Program-made: the position numbers and the translations under genes
DNA from: Botryllus schlosseri
Lineage: Eukaryota
Length of the DNA: 64,000 bases
Assembly: GCA_051294905.1 (NCBI GenBank)
Contig: CM119371.1
Location: 38,316,001-38,380,000, forward strand
Reading direction: 5' to 3'
In this document: positions 40,420-52,958 of the stretch, in pieces
How positions within the stretch are numbered: the stretch's first letter is position 1
Layout: each line of letters starts with the position of its first letter
Notes under the pieces: generated by a model
The model's input: the letters and a program-made list of their open reading frames with translations, nothing else
Database searches by the model: none
Told to the model about the DNA's origin: nothing

Positions 40420-41683
40420 TCAGCCCCACCGTCTCAACGTTGATAAGGCCAAAAATAATAAAGACAAGAAATAAAGAACGAATGTATTGTGCAAACAGAA
40501 AATCAATAGCCGCCTCAAAGCAAAATCAGCGATAATATCCTCAAATTCAAGTTTTTGAACGTAGTCCCTTTCTTTAGACAGAATGGATAGAACTGATAGC
40601 CGATCATCATTCATGGTAGACCGTAAATGAGACTTGAACAGTTTGAGCTTTGAGAAGCTCCTCACACAGCTCGCAATTGAGAACACAATGGTCAGATAAA
40701 GTTTCAGACACGAGTCGAATCAAGTAGCTTTGCATTAACTTATAGCCACTGTAAAACATCAAACGCTATTGCACTACGATCAGTCGAGGTTTCACTGCTC
40801 CGCACCAGCCTCTTAACCCTTTTTAAATGATATGAACAATACTTCATATGATAGGCTTGCCATACGTCCTCTTTTAAGAGGATTTTTCCTCTTTTTTGAC
40901 TTTTTTGAAAGTGTCCTCGGAGGACGCCCTTTTGTCCTCTCTTTTGAAATTTTAGGTCAGATTTAGAGCAAATTGCGAGTGAAATGCCGCAAATTAGCAC
41001 AGAAGTGAAGCTCCGGCGGGTATTTCGGAGTGAAAAACGGTGATTTTAGCTCTGAGTGAAAAGATGATTTTTTTTTCAGTCATTTACCTGGCAATGTGGA
41101 GAGAAAAACGGTATTTTGAGCTCTCAACCGATCACAAAGTGGGAAAAATTCACCGGTTTTTGAGAATTCTACTCCGGTTTTGCAAGTTGCAAATTTCTCA
41201 AAAAGTGTCCTCTTTTTAGATTTCCAAAATATGGTAAGCGTATCATATGATCATATCTTGATTTGTGTTCGTCCTAGAGGCCTCATATTGGTTAGTACGA
41301 AAAGCTAGCAATCTTCTGATTTATATGATCTCAAATTCGAAGGTATAAGGCATGACAATTTTCGCAGCTAACTCCAGAAAGTCGACCTCGTCGTCATAAG
41401 TGCTTCTAAAAGCGATGGTGAATAAATTGTGACTTTCGATTTTCAGCAGCGCGTAGGAATGTAAAAATCCAAACATATCATTTAAGTGGTGTATGCCGGT
41501 AAACCTAGTTTCAGCTTCAAGTTTAAATGTGTCCAAAGCTTGAAACATGGATCGTCTAACTTCTTCAACAACAGTGAGACCAGCATATTCTGATTGTTCG
41601 CCACGCATTCTCCTTTTCTGCGAACTCTCCGAACAATCGGCCTTGACGGCTATTTTGGAGTGGTTCCATCGCCATGTTAACAT
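40420..41683 (-). pseudogene. hAT transposase fragments including the C-terminal dimerisation domain
   Basis: 40420-40686 SIASCVRSFSKLKLFKSHLRSTMNDDRLSVLSILSKE matches the hATC motif (ERSFSKLK.IK..LRSTM...RL..L..L.IE); 41321-41683 has the LETRF.GI..L...FGFL-like segment. Interrupted by a MITE. Confidence 0.8.
40852..41242. mobile_element. MITE nested in the family B hAT element
   Basis: TAGGCTTGCCAT ... ATGGTAAGCGTA, perfect TSD TCATATGA (40844-40851, 41243-41250). Confidence 0.85.
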
Positions 41684-41822
41684 AGCCTATTAATTGGTGT
41701 TTTGGGAATCAGCGCGACACTAACTTTCGATTGAGACCTGTTTGATTAAATTTTAGTTCACCAGCCAGCTACAGGACTACCAATTACGCTTCTTTTAGCC
41801 GCCGTGTGTACGGACACTGTGC

Positions 41823-42083
41823 CGAGCGAGATAGTGTAATGGCGATGCGTTCGGCTTTTTGATCGGTAGGTCATGGGCTCTATCCCAGACCGGGCCAGAC
41901 CAAAGACTCGACAACTGGTATCCGTGGTTATCTCACTAGGGCTTGGCGCTCAGCAATCACGGAGGAGAAAAAACGGGGATGCAGACTAGATGACCTTACT
42001 ATAAAGTCCGTATCGCATCTCCGTCGTCAAAGCATCTCGATGGTGCAGGCGAAAAAGAATACCAGATCTCTCTCTCTCTCTCT
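41823..42083 (+). mobile_element. tRNA-derived SINE with Meta-domain-like core and (CT)n tail
   Basis: tRNA-like head (GATAGTGTAATGG ... GGGCTCTATCCC), core CCAAAGACT...CTGGTATCCGTGG...GCTTGGCGCTCAGCA resembling the MetaSINE domain (from memory), (CT)n tail, TSD CACTGTGC; empty site in 35589-36101. Confidence 0.7.
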
Positions 42084-45000
42084 CACTGTGCAGCCTCATT
42101 TTGCCACCCCCTTAGAGCCTGCCGCCCCTGGCGCAGAGCCAGAACCGCCAAGTGGCTGCTACGCCACTGTTCTGCACTCGAAGTATTAGGATTAATACTA
42201 GATTCACATTCTAGTTCTGGAATCACCGGGGAGCCCAGCGCTATTTATGAACTTACTCCCGCAAAATCTCGAAGAGAAACTTGGCAGTCAAAGTACCTTC
42301 GAGTCGGAAAGCCAGTAGGTTTTAAGCAATCTCGTACTTTTCTTGTTTTTTCAGGCACTTTTTCTTCTCTTTCTTTCTGGCGAACATTCTGAGGATTTTC
42401 ACAGTTGCGGTAAATAACGCTTCCGACATAACCTCAAAATATTAATATTGCGAAATGAAGCACCACGTCGGGTCGTCGGTCGAAAAAAAGGTCAGCTTTT
42501 CGGCTCGACCACCAAATAACACTTTTACAGCTAAATTTTCGTGAGTTGACTACAAAAAAGGTCATTTCTCCGACTTGACTTCCCCCTTCGTCCGTTCTCG
42601 CTTCCCTATCGTCCCCTTCGTTATTTCCGCCTTCTAGACCACCAAATCGCCCCCTGGGGGTCAATATCGCCACTGCTGTAGTTTAACCAGGATAGTGTGA
42701 CGAGAAAATGATGTTCATTGGCCTTTCTACGATGTAATTCGGAAATGGAATCTAGAATTCTATTCATTCCTGTATATGATGGACGTGTCTTCAGGATACT
42801 TACTGATCTACCTAGACACTCGATAGAAAGTTCAGCACAGATCATACTCCCGGATATCAGTAATTTTTCAACTGTTTGTTACCTTGTGTTTTTCCTATTG
42901 ATATTTATAAATCGAGTTCGAGGAATCAATAGCATTTTTGTAGCGCCGCAAACCTCTTCTGAACTGATTCTTTATCTTCAGAAATATCTGGCAAACGATT
43001 TCAGATTTTAACGCGTTCCCGAGAACAGCCCAGGGCAGAATTGCTGTTGACGAATTCAATGATCTACGTTTATTTCTGCTAGCGAACAAAACAGCTTTTT
43101 CACGGATTTCATCGCAGCGCTAAAATCAGGCAGAATATTCCGCGCAAATCGACATTGATCCATTTTAGACCTGCATTCCTAGTTAGAGCACGGACTGTTT
43201 TCTCTTTATTAGGCCAGTGCTTCTTACACCATTGCTTTTAAAACTGAGCCGAGTTACCGGGATGATATTCAAGGAGTTTCAGTCCCCATAACTTGCAAGC
43301 GATAATTAATCCAAGTGCGATGCATTCTCTGTATCCGGTGTTTTGCTCTTATCCTCTGCACAAAATGTGGATCTGAGCCATCTGTTGCTCTATCTATTAT
43401 GTTAAAGATTTCCTAAGAGAGCAGTACCGAATTATAGAATCGTATGATAGGCCTACATGGCTTTCGACAACAAGAATATAAGTCAGATAATATCAAACTA
43501 AACCAAAATTCCATTCTTTTCGTCGGCAGGGTCTGACTACAATTCAATGACTTTCAATGGAGTGAGATTTAACGTAAAACGCAGAAATTTTATCGGACCG
43601 ATCATTGGATTATTTCAGCAAAAAGCACAGACTCAATTCTGATATAGACATTCCTGGTGAATTGTACATGAGTGCAAGACAGATACTCGAATATTCAAAC
43701 TACGCAAACTGTTTGATGGAAATTTAAATAGAAAAAGTAATTCAAAAAGAATAACAGAATGGCAATGCACCGCGGCCAATGCCTGTACAGTAGCCTATAC
43801 ACGTCATGCAGGAATGTATTCTGTAAAATAATATATTGCAGAGACGTGCAGGCAATATCTGATTTGCCCGTGCGACATCCGATGAACTCGTACCCTCAAT
43901 ATTTTGATTCGGAATCAGGCACCATATTTCATCACGCCGCGCGGCCGCCGACCACACCGCGATAGCAATTTCAGAATAATTTAACACGAGGGCACATTGC
44001 ATTGGTATTAGTATCCGGACTACACATCAAGTCTTTCGAAAGTGCCTATCACTGAATATTCTTGCATCACTCATATTTTGTTCGTGTCAATGTACGATAA
44101 TGGGGATTCGTCGTGACAAGCAAATGGATGTGGACCGGGTGTGTGCGGTATGACTTCGCAACTTGATTCTCACAGTCACCTTGGGACTGCGGTGAGGGTA
44201 GAGTTGTGAAGTCGGAGTTGTGCTAGGGGAGACCGGGGACAAATGTAACTAGGGGCAATTGTAACAATCGACCTCACCGCTAGTAGGATGGAGAAATCAG
44301 CTTGATATTTTAAGTGCGCATGCAGTAGTTATCTCTCCTACTATACCTGGAGTTACGTTGAGCTACGATGCGAAACCCCGGAATAATTTGCAAAAAACGA
44401 CATTTTTGACCCTTGAGTAAAATTTTTCTGGTCTGGAATAATTTGCCTGGACGAATAGTACCTCAAGTAGTTGCAACGTAATATGTGTAGCTGGAACAAT
44501 GTTACTATAGTCTACCGAGGTGATGGAAAGAATAGGACTTGCATCGCCGGGAAGGTACCATACTGAGACACCAATCATGGTCGAGCGTGTCAGGGGCGAT
44601 CGTAACACTCTGTTACTTTTGCCCCGTTACAATATGTTATCAATTATGAATGTCTTTGTTCATATGTTGGTATTACCATTCATCTACAGCAGAATAATCT
44701 TGCAACAGCCAGAAGTTCACCAGAACAGATACTGCCTTGCGATACCAATTCTAACATGATCATCTGTCGAAACGGCCATACAATAGTGGTGATGTGAATC
44801 TGACGGTTCGGTTATTTTCGTGATTCAACCACCCTTTCTCATGTTGATCGACTTTTGGTGTGTCGAACTTCAATAGTCATGGCTTAATTCTCGTCCTCTG
44901 ACTTTGATCATGGCCCACTTACATTTTGATATTTGATGTGAACAATTTATGTTAATTTTCTACAGCACAGATAAATGTCATTAGCTTTGACGCCACACTA

Positions 45001-46394
45001 TATGGGCAGTACGCCGTAGGCCTATTCTACGTCTTCGATATCTTGTTATTTTACTACATGTTGGTATAATACTATATGTAATTGGGGATATTTGATATCA
45101 TGATTTTAAGTGTTTATATACATGTAGTGTCATTTCTAAGTCACATGTTATAGTGTGATTTAAGCAACAATAGCTAAATCACTCAATTAATATATTTAAA
45201 AGCTCACTGGTGATAATCTGACGAATATTGGCATATGCTGTTATTCGATCTACTTTTAGAACAGGCTCGCGGGCCACTCATCTGGTCCTCGCGGGCTACC
45301 TGGTGCTCGCGGGCACCAGGTTGGTGACCCCTGCTCTACACAATGTTAAGAATGCAAAAGTGAGTATTTCAACGCTAAAAACGGTGGAAGTACACAGCAG
45401 TATACATACATATATGAGTACCGACAAGTAGATAAAACTGCTAGAGTAGTCCAGAAAGTGAAGCACTTTAATTTCAATGCCATGCGTCTTTCAGAGAGGC
45501 GAGAAATCAATGTCGACCTTGAAAAGATATTGATGAATCGAAAAAGTTTGGGTACCACTGTTTTGGAACAAGGCCTATGTATTTCACACAAACAAAAACG
45601 TTTTATATTTCCACGGAACGCACGAGTTATCATGAAAGTTCTATGGAGTGACAGTTTCGAAGTTAAAGAAAACTGGAATGCTACGCGTCCTTCAACAATG
45701 TACAAAGTGATTTCATGATAAGTAATGTCGTAATGATATGAAAATAAAAATATAAAATGGCATCTCGAGGCTGTGCTGGCATTAAAACTAGCCATGAACT
45801 CAGCAGAATGCTATATTTGTTATCGGATTTATTATCAACCCTTCAGAACATCTCTCGCGTCATTAGAAGAATATTGACGCCGACGCTAAGCTTCGAATTT
45901 CACATTCTTCCCTTTCGCAACGTTCCCTCTAATTGGCATGCAGGGGCTGGTCGCCGGGGGGCAATTCAATCGGAATCACGCGGTAAGCGCGAGCTCGTTA
46001 AAAGCATGATCAAAATATTTCATTTAATACCAACTTGAGGAAACGTCACCACGATATAAATTAAGACGGAACAGAACCGTATCGGAGATAACGCACTTCC
46101 CGATTTACAAAGAAGAGGTGATTATTGTAATCATTATTTGTAATAGCTGAGAGGCGCTTATCACCACAAGCGATTAAAGAGGTTCGAAGGAAACACGGTT
46201 TCTGGCTTACGCGACCTATTTAAGACCAGGAATTATATTGGTAAATATACTTAACTCTTGTATACAATTGGATATTATATTCATATTGAAAAAAAAACAC
46301 GAATATTGTCTGTTGACACTCGTCGGGGGCATGCGCCAGGACCTACCAGATACCTGAAAGGAATAGTGTATATCAAAAATCATCAAATATGACT

Positions 46395-46695
46395 TGCTGC
46401 TAAGTGGACGTGTTAAAATTAGCCTGCGTCCCATAGCACCGTGTGGCTTGGCAAATAGCTCTGCTAGCTTCGCTAGGTGGTCCGTATCGGCCGAGCGTAT
46501 GTATTTCAAAGCATGGCCAACCTCATTATTACCGACTGAAATCATATTACTTAAACACGGACGCCTGCTTGGTGCTCATCACCAACTAAAGAGATCAGTT
46601 CACGGCCAACTTCAGTAAACAAATATGTAGTGCTCCGAATCTTGTTGAAATATAGGCCCGTATATAAACGCATCTTTCATTGTTGAACATAACAT
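46395..46695 (-). pseudogene. Decayed SPIN/GTF2IRD2-like hAT transposase fragment (unit 3 copy)
   Basis: Collinear with 3828-4103; HALKYIRSADTDHLAKLAEL retained, frameshifted. Confidence 0.55.
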
Positions 46696-48435
46696 GGTTT
46701 GTGGGTGAGGATGTCCGCAAACACGTGCATTGTTGCATTATTTTACCGATTGGGATTTGGAAACGTAAGACGTAAACCTGCCAACAAACATCATTCGAAC
46801 TTAAATCTGGAAATGGGGACTGGTAACTTTAATTGTTACGGCATACTTTAATATATTGGTATTATTTTGAACCTGGATTACTCATGCGACGTATACTCAG
46901 CTTAGGTAATCGCGGTACATAAATAAACTAGACTACAATGTTACAAGACTACAATCCCTACTCGCCATATCATCCGAGTAAGCATGTGTCTTATGAAAAG
47001 CCTAGAAGAGGGCCGTGGTACAAGTCGATAGCTACGGAATAAAAATGATGAAAATTGGCCTGGTGTAAATGACCAGTCGACACCCACCATGTATACCTCA
47101 AAAGACAAACAAAGAAACAAACAAGGCTACAATTTCTTGTTCATATTATAGAGCCCATTACAGTTTTGTCAACGCATTAGCATTTACAAATAGATTCCGT
47201 AGTATAAATTCACAGGAGCTTTTCACGGGCTGCTTCGAATCTCGGCGCCGGCCGCATTTGACCCGTGGCGTCGCACAATACCCAGGTCTGGTTTAGAAGA
47301 TCCACGATATACTCTGTTGTTATGAATGAACGGTGATGCATGTCAATGCATTGACATGATGATCTGAAAGTAGGCACTCCAAATGTTTTTAATCAACTTC
47401 GAAACCGCATTAAAGGCTTATATGATTTTTTTCGAGCAGATGGCGCAAGCACACCGCACTATTATTATTACAGCAATCCAGGCTGGCAATGTTGACAGCA
47501 TCGTGACACCTACCATCGGGTACATCCAACGAACACTGGATTAAAACTAGCTAATTAAATAACAGCCTGCCCACTTGAGTAATGACTCCTGGCACGCAAC
47601 TTCACATTTCCAAAATATTCGAATGCCCCATCAAGTGTGCATGGTGCATGCCCGTAACCGTGATTGTGTCTGATTGCAAGGCTACTACAATTCGTTAGGA
47701 ATTTAACCTTTATATCCATTCATTTTATCGCATTTTTGTGGTTTTTCGGAAAGATCAAACTATTTGTTTACTATGAGTTAAAAATTATCAAACGACATGT
47801 AATCATTTGAACAGTTTGTACCACCAGGCCTACTTATACTCGAGTTAAATCAATGCCGCGGGGCGATGCCGACTAGATCGTCACATTAGCAACCAACGGC
47901 ATCCTAGTGAAATTTTACCATTTCTCCATAACCCCATTTCAATGAAGTATTTCACTAACAATTTATTCGTGGGACAATACTGGAAATATACTCCAATTAA
48001 AAGTTTCATCGTTATATATGTTCTCATATCCTTTAAAGCAGCGCTTCCCAGACTTTTTGTATACGCGCACCATTTTAAGCATTTTTAATGAGCTCACGTA
48101 TACCCGCTAGTCATATGGACGGCATCAGAGGTTACTAACTAAAAGTTCTGAAAGCTGATGTTTAAGTTTGGTCTCGAGTTATTAGTACCGACGTCAGTTT
48201 TACAGAATTGGTCCGCCGAGAAGGCAAAATCTGGTACGCTGTTATGGTTGTGACATGGCTTGATAATCGAAAATCCCAAAATAGTAAATGACGCCAAGGA
48301 CAGGAAATTGTTCCGAAGATTCGATGTATTTGTAAAAGTGCGGTCGCGGTATTATAGCATTATACGAGCGAGCTTTTGGGAATATGGGAATGTGTTTTTG
48401 CCTTGCGGCTGCACAATGGTGACCGTCGCTGAAAA

Positions 48436-50510
48436 CAGGGCTGTGGAGTCGGTAAATCTTACCACCGACTCCGACTCCACACATTTCAATGGACCAACTC
48501 CGACTCCGAATCCGACTCCTGAGTCTTGGAACGTACGGACTTCGACTCTTGAGTCATTGGACCTACCGACTACGACTCCGACTCCAACCCCGACTCCAAC
48601 AGTGTTACCATTTTACTTCGAAAATTATATGCCACAGTGACGGTAAATGACTATCATATAACCATTAAACATATGCAAACAGATGATTAACGATGGCATG
48701 TAAAATTGTTTCATTGTGGCACAGCCCGAATTATTCACTAGGCATGAAAAATTGCCTTTCTAAATATCCTTCCCTTTTTCATATTTTATCAGTTTTTATA
48801 ACATGAACTCTCTAATAACCTAACATGTATGAATCATTCAAACACGACATATATCCCATCCTGTATAATTAAAATGTAGATAAAACAATCGAAGTGTTGC
48901 TCCTGTGTATGAGTCAGCAACTAATACAGAGATGCATCTTACTAATTTTCTCATTACACACTGTACTGATTGCAAGCACGCACACTCTCACTACTAATAG
49001 TCATTGGTCATGAACGGAATTTAGGAAGTACTCAAATAGCTTATGTCTAGTCTACATGCACTCATTCAAGTATTCAAGGACTAGGACTTGCAGTCTTTCC
49101 TAATCATTTGTTCGACCAAAGCAACTAAGATACACTACAAATATTTTTAATTTGGCAAGTGGGAAGGAGCGTTTGGTTATATTTACATCAATTTTTACAA
49201 CCAGACGATATGTTTGCTCTGTCACAATATCACGGTATAATTCCAAAAATTGCATCAATCTGTGACTGCATCGAAGACGCATATTGCTTCTTTCTTCCTC
49301 TGTGCAACTGAATTGTAATTTGCAAATAATCTACAAATTTATCTATGTCAGGGGTGGCCAACCTTTTCGGCCAAAGGCCCACATGAGATTTATGAACCAT
49401 TGCGCAGGCAACTTGAATGTTGATAACTTTTTTTTAGTCGTTCGATAGGAACGAACTGAATTAGGTAACATTGAAAACAAGTCCTGACTAAGCTTTAAAA
49501 TTGAGAACAATTATGTCACGAAAACTCCGTGTGCAACTGTACAGTGTGCAACTGTGCAGTCATGCCTTGGTCGCGCGAAGCACGAAATCTTGTCAACGGT
49601 ATTGAGCGAATTTGATCATTGAATATGTTACTTGCATATATTGGGGGTCGCCTCTATATAGGAATAAGCCCATTTGGCAAGGACAGGATTATTTGGCGGT
49701 TTATACATAGCAATATCTACGGTTTCTTGAGCATGCCTCTTTCATTTGGTGCAAATGTTGCATCACCGACGATCTCGCTTCGAGCGCACAAGCGAAGTCG
49801 CATGTTGGACGACATTTTACCTCCTAATTGCGAGTATAGTTGAACTCAATTCTGTAAATTACCCGTATTTATAGCTTTCAGGAGGGGTTCCAACACTAAA
49901 TGCAAGAAATGTGACAATAAATCATGTGAAGTGCTAAAAATAATTTCAAGTCAAATAAATCTGCTACGGAATATTCCACTTTATGGTCATATACGAATAT
50001 TTGCGATGAATGTGGCTGGCCCCTGGTTACGCCAATGCGTTGAAACTGGTGTTTTAGTCATCATCAAATTTCGCGGTTAGGCTAATCAAATTTTGGTTTG
50101 GCCTTGCAATTTTACCTGATGTTTTACCTTATTTCGAGAATTACCTCGCAGGTCACACAAAACCTTCTCGCGGGCCACATTTGGCCTGCGGTACACGCTT
50201 TCGCCGCCCCTGATCTTTATCGTTACTAATAACAGTGATTGATGGTACATAAAAATCCTATTATAGTTGTAATGTCAGTAATTTTAAGATACCTTTTAAA
50301 GCAAATGTTTTCATGAATAAGAAGTTGGAATCGTAGTCGAAGTCAAGGTCATTTTCACAAACTCCGACTCTGAAACCAGTCAGTATTTTTTCCACGACTC
50401 CGACTCCAGCCACTATAGTTATCACGACTCCGACTCCGACTCCGACTCAATCTAGCGAAAATTAGCCAAACTCCGACTCCACCGACTCCTACTCCGACTC
50501 CACAGCCCTG
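48436..50510. mobile_element. Middle hAT MITE with CCGACT subterminal repeat arrays
   Basis: Perfect TIR CAGGGCTGTGGAGTCGG / CCGACTCCACAGCCCTG; TSD GCTGAAAA / GCTGAAAG. Confidence 0.88.
49349..50212. mobile_element. Inner hAT MITE
   Basis: CAGGGGTGGCCAACC ... TTTCGCCGCCCCTG; TSD ATCTATGT / ATCTTTAT (6/8). Confidence 0.7.
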
Positions 50511-52958
50511 GCTGAAAGTATGATTAAATTCAACCACGAAAGGTAATTAGGCCCCGAGCAATCAAACATACTAGATAGTTTGTGCATCAGTTCATTATTA
50601 CATTGAAGATCGTCAGTTACTGGAGACATGAAACTACCCTGTGTCACTTTTACTATCTGGTTCGGTAAGGCGTAGCATTGCTTGAATACACCGGAAATTA
50701 GAAGTCTTGCTCAAAACTTTTATTTTCAATGCAGAAATTATTGGTCCACTGAAGTCACTCGAGAATTATTTGTGATGCTCCCGTGCACAACTATTGGTAT
50801 GCGTACCACAGTTTGGGAACTACTGCTTTAAAGCTTCTTAATTGACTCCCGACAGGACGAGACACAAATACAAACGTAAATAAAAAGGATAAAATTGAAT
50901 GTAGTAATAAATATGAGTTAAAATGGTTTATTATTATGATATCCTTTGTCAAAATAGCAGCTAAGCTTGTTATCGCAAAAGGGAAACAATTGAACCTGAT
51001 TTAAATATATAAAATATATAACAGCCGGACTAAGTCTAATCTGGAATACACCAAATTTACTGCAATACGCAACTTTGATTGATCAAACACACTCTAGTTT
51101 CACGCTGAATCACAACGGTACGACGCTCTGCGCCAATGGCGTAGGTAATGACAATAGGACCACGATTTACGCATTAAATTATGGTCATGACATTACACAA
51201 TTTATAACCCAGTATTGCCGTCCTGAGCAAGTTCCAATTTCATGCACCAAAAATACCAGGAAGTGGGCTAACTACGCGAATGAGATTTTCATTATTGATT
51301 TTCATCTCGCCTTCCGACACATCCACCTTTTCTTGTCACCAGTCCTTTTATAGTACCTTCTTCTACCTTTCATGCAGTGTGCGTGCCTTCTTTTTGACAT
51401 CGCCTAGGCCAGGTGGGTGTCTGATTTTGAAGACTACTCCAAGTCGTTTCGACACCTTCCTATCTTTCATTGTATCACAGTCTTGTGGTGTATTGAAATG
51501 ATGAAATTTTTAGGAGCAAGTTGAATTGAATTGAATTGCTTCGTTCTTAGTGGTTAGCATCCCCTAGTGGATGTTTATAAATGTTCATCTTCGGTTATGC
51601 TTTAAAGGGCCATTCCGCTCTAAATATGTTGTGGTTTCAAATTTTAGATGGCCAAAAGAGCAGCCATTTGTCTTGGAAAGCCACCGCATTCGAACTGCAC
51701 TTGAACGAACTGCACTCAAATCCACTGCTACAGGGATATGGCAATAGCTTGGAAATAATTTTATTAGGATATTTCACATTGTAGCTCACGCTGTAGCTAC
51801 CCCCAGCAATACTGATAGCCCGGATTCTTGCGTCATAATAGCTACGACATAAAAGCTAGTCGGACAAAACACGAGAGTTATTGATCCTCACGATGAGACA
51901 GATCATTTTCGATCTGAATGAATTCCTCGTTTCTCTCGCCTGTGGCGCAGGATCCCGAACAAAGGATCAGATTTATTTCAGATCAGATTTTTAAGTTTGG
52001 AGCACTGCTGCAATAAAGTCACTACCTACCAGTCCCAAGTCGAAGTACGAGGCCTGACTCATTTCATGGTATTATGCAAGATGACTGAAGTAGGCCTATA
52101 TATTGAATCCCTGTTTAATCCGAATCGAGTCGAATTGGTATATTGTTATGCAAAGGTGCGTTTTGACACTCAAACATATGTCGAATTGCTAATCTAGGTA
52201 GGTAAACTCCATCGTATTTCTCTATAATTCAGCCAGATAGCTGGTAAGACACGAAACACGGGAACGTTAGAAAAATTGATATGATGTAATAGCCCAGCTA
52301 CACATCCGTAAAATAGAATTTACTCCTGCACCAATTGTGAACGAAAAATATATATGCATAAACTATATCATTCCGATTCGAATCACACAAGACCTTCATT
52401 AAGGGAGTATTGCGCAGTCAGAATAACAGAAAGACGTTGATATATATAGATTGCTATCAGTCTGTTAAAACGAAAGCTCTAATCATTCATCTGCGGTTGA
52501 TTTATAGTGACATAGCAATGGAGGCTCAGTAAAATCAGCCTGCACAATATCCTTGTTTGACTGGTTGCGCTCAGAGGTCACACAATCATTCCGATTACAC
52601 TCTAAAGTTTCAACGATTCAGTAGACACCGATTGCTGTCTATTATTGAAATTGATTCGAGAATTTTTCTTCTACTTACAAGTCAGTCCGCATTTCTGAAA
52701 CACCGATTCAGAGTTAAAGCCATGTCAATTTTGCATGTCAGGTCAAATCATGTGAAATAATTCTCTTGAGTGATCCCGAGACTGGTTTCAAGATGCCAAC
52801 TTGGGCGCGGTAAATGAATTCAGGAAGTTCAGGAATAATCTTGATAACAATTAAGCGCAAGCAACATGCAAGCAACAAACAACTACCAATATGACACATT
52901 AGTTGTCAGTGTCCAAATATAGGGTGAGCAATCATTCCTACGCGGTCCTCATGTAAGT

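Larger units (their letters stand above)
40272..42169 (-). mobile_element. Non-autonomous hAT transposon (family B) with transposase remnants
   Basis: Same TIRs as 35589-36101, perfect TSD TTCTGCAC (40264-40271, 42170-42177); empty paralogous site about 19690. Confidence 0.9.
48039..50825. mobile_element. Outer hAT MITE of a triple-nested cluster
   Basis: CAGCGCTTCCCAGAC ... GTTTGGGAACTACTG, perfect TSD CTTTAAAG (48031-48038, 50826-50833). Confidence 0.8.

Noticed and set aside
48260-48640. 127-aa ORF with PTPTPT repeats (and 50355-50537 SRSRSR)
   Set aside because: These are translations of CCGACT subterminal repeats of the middle hAT MITE.
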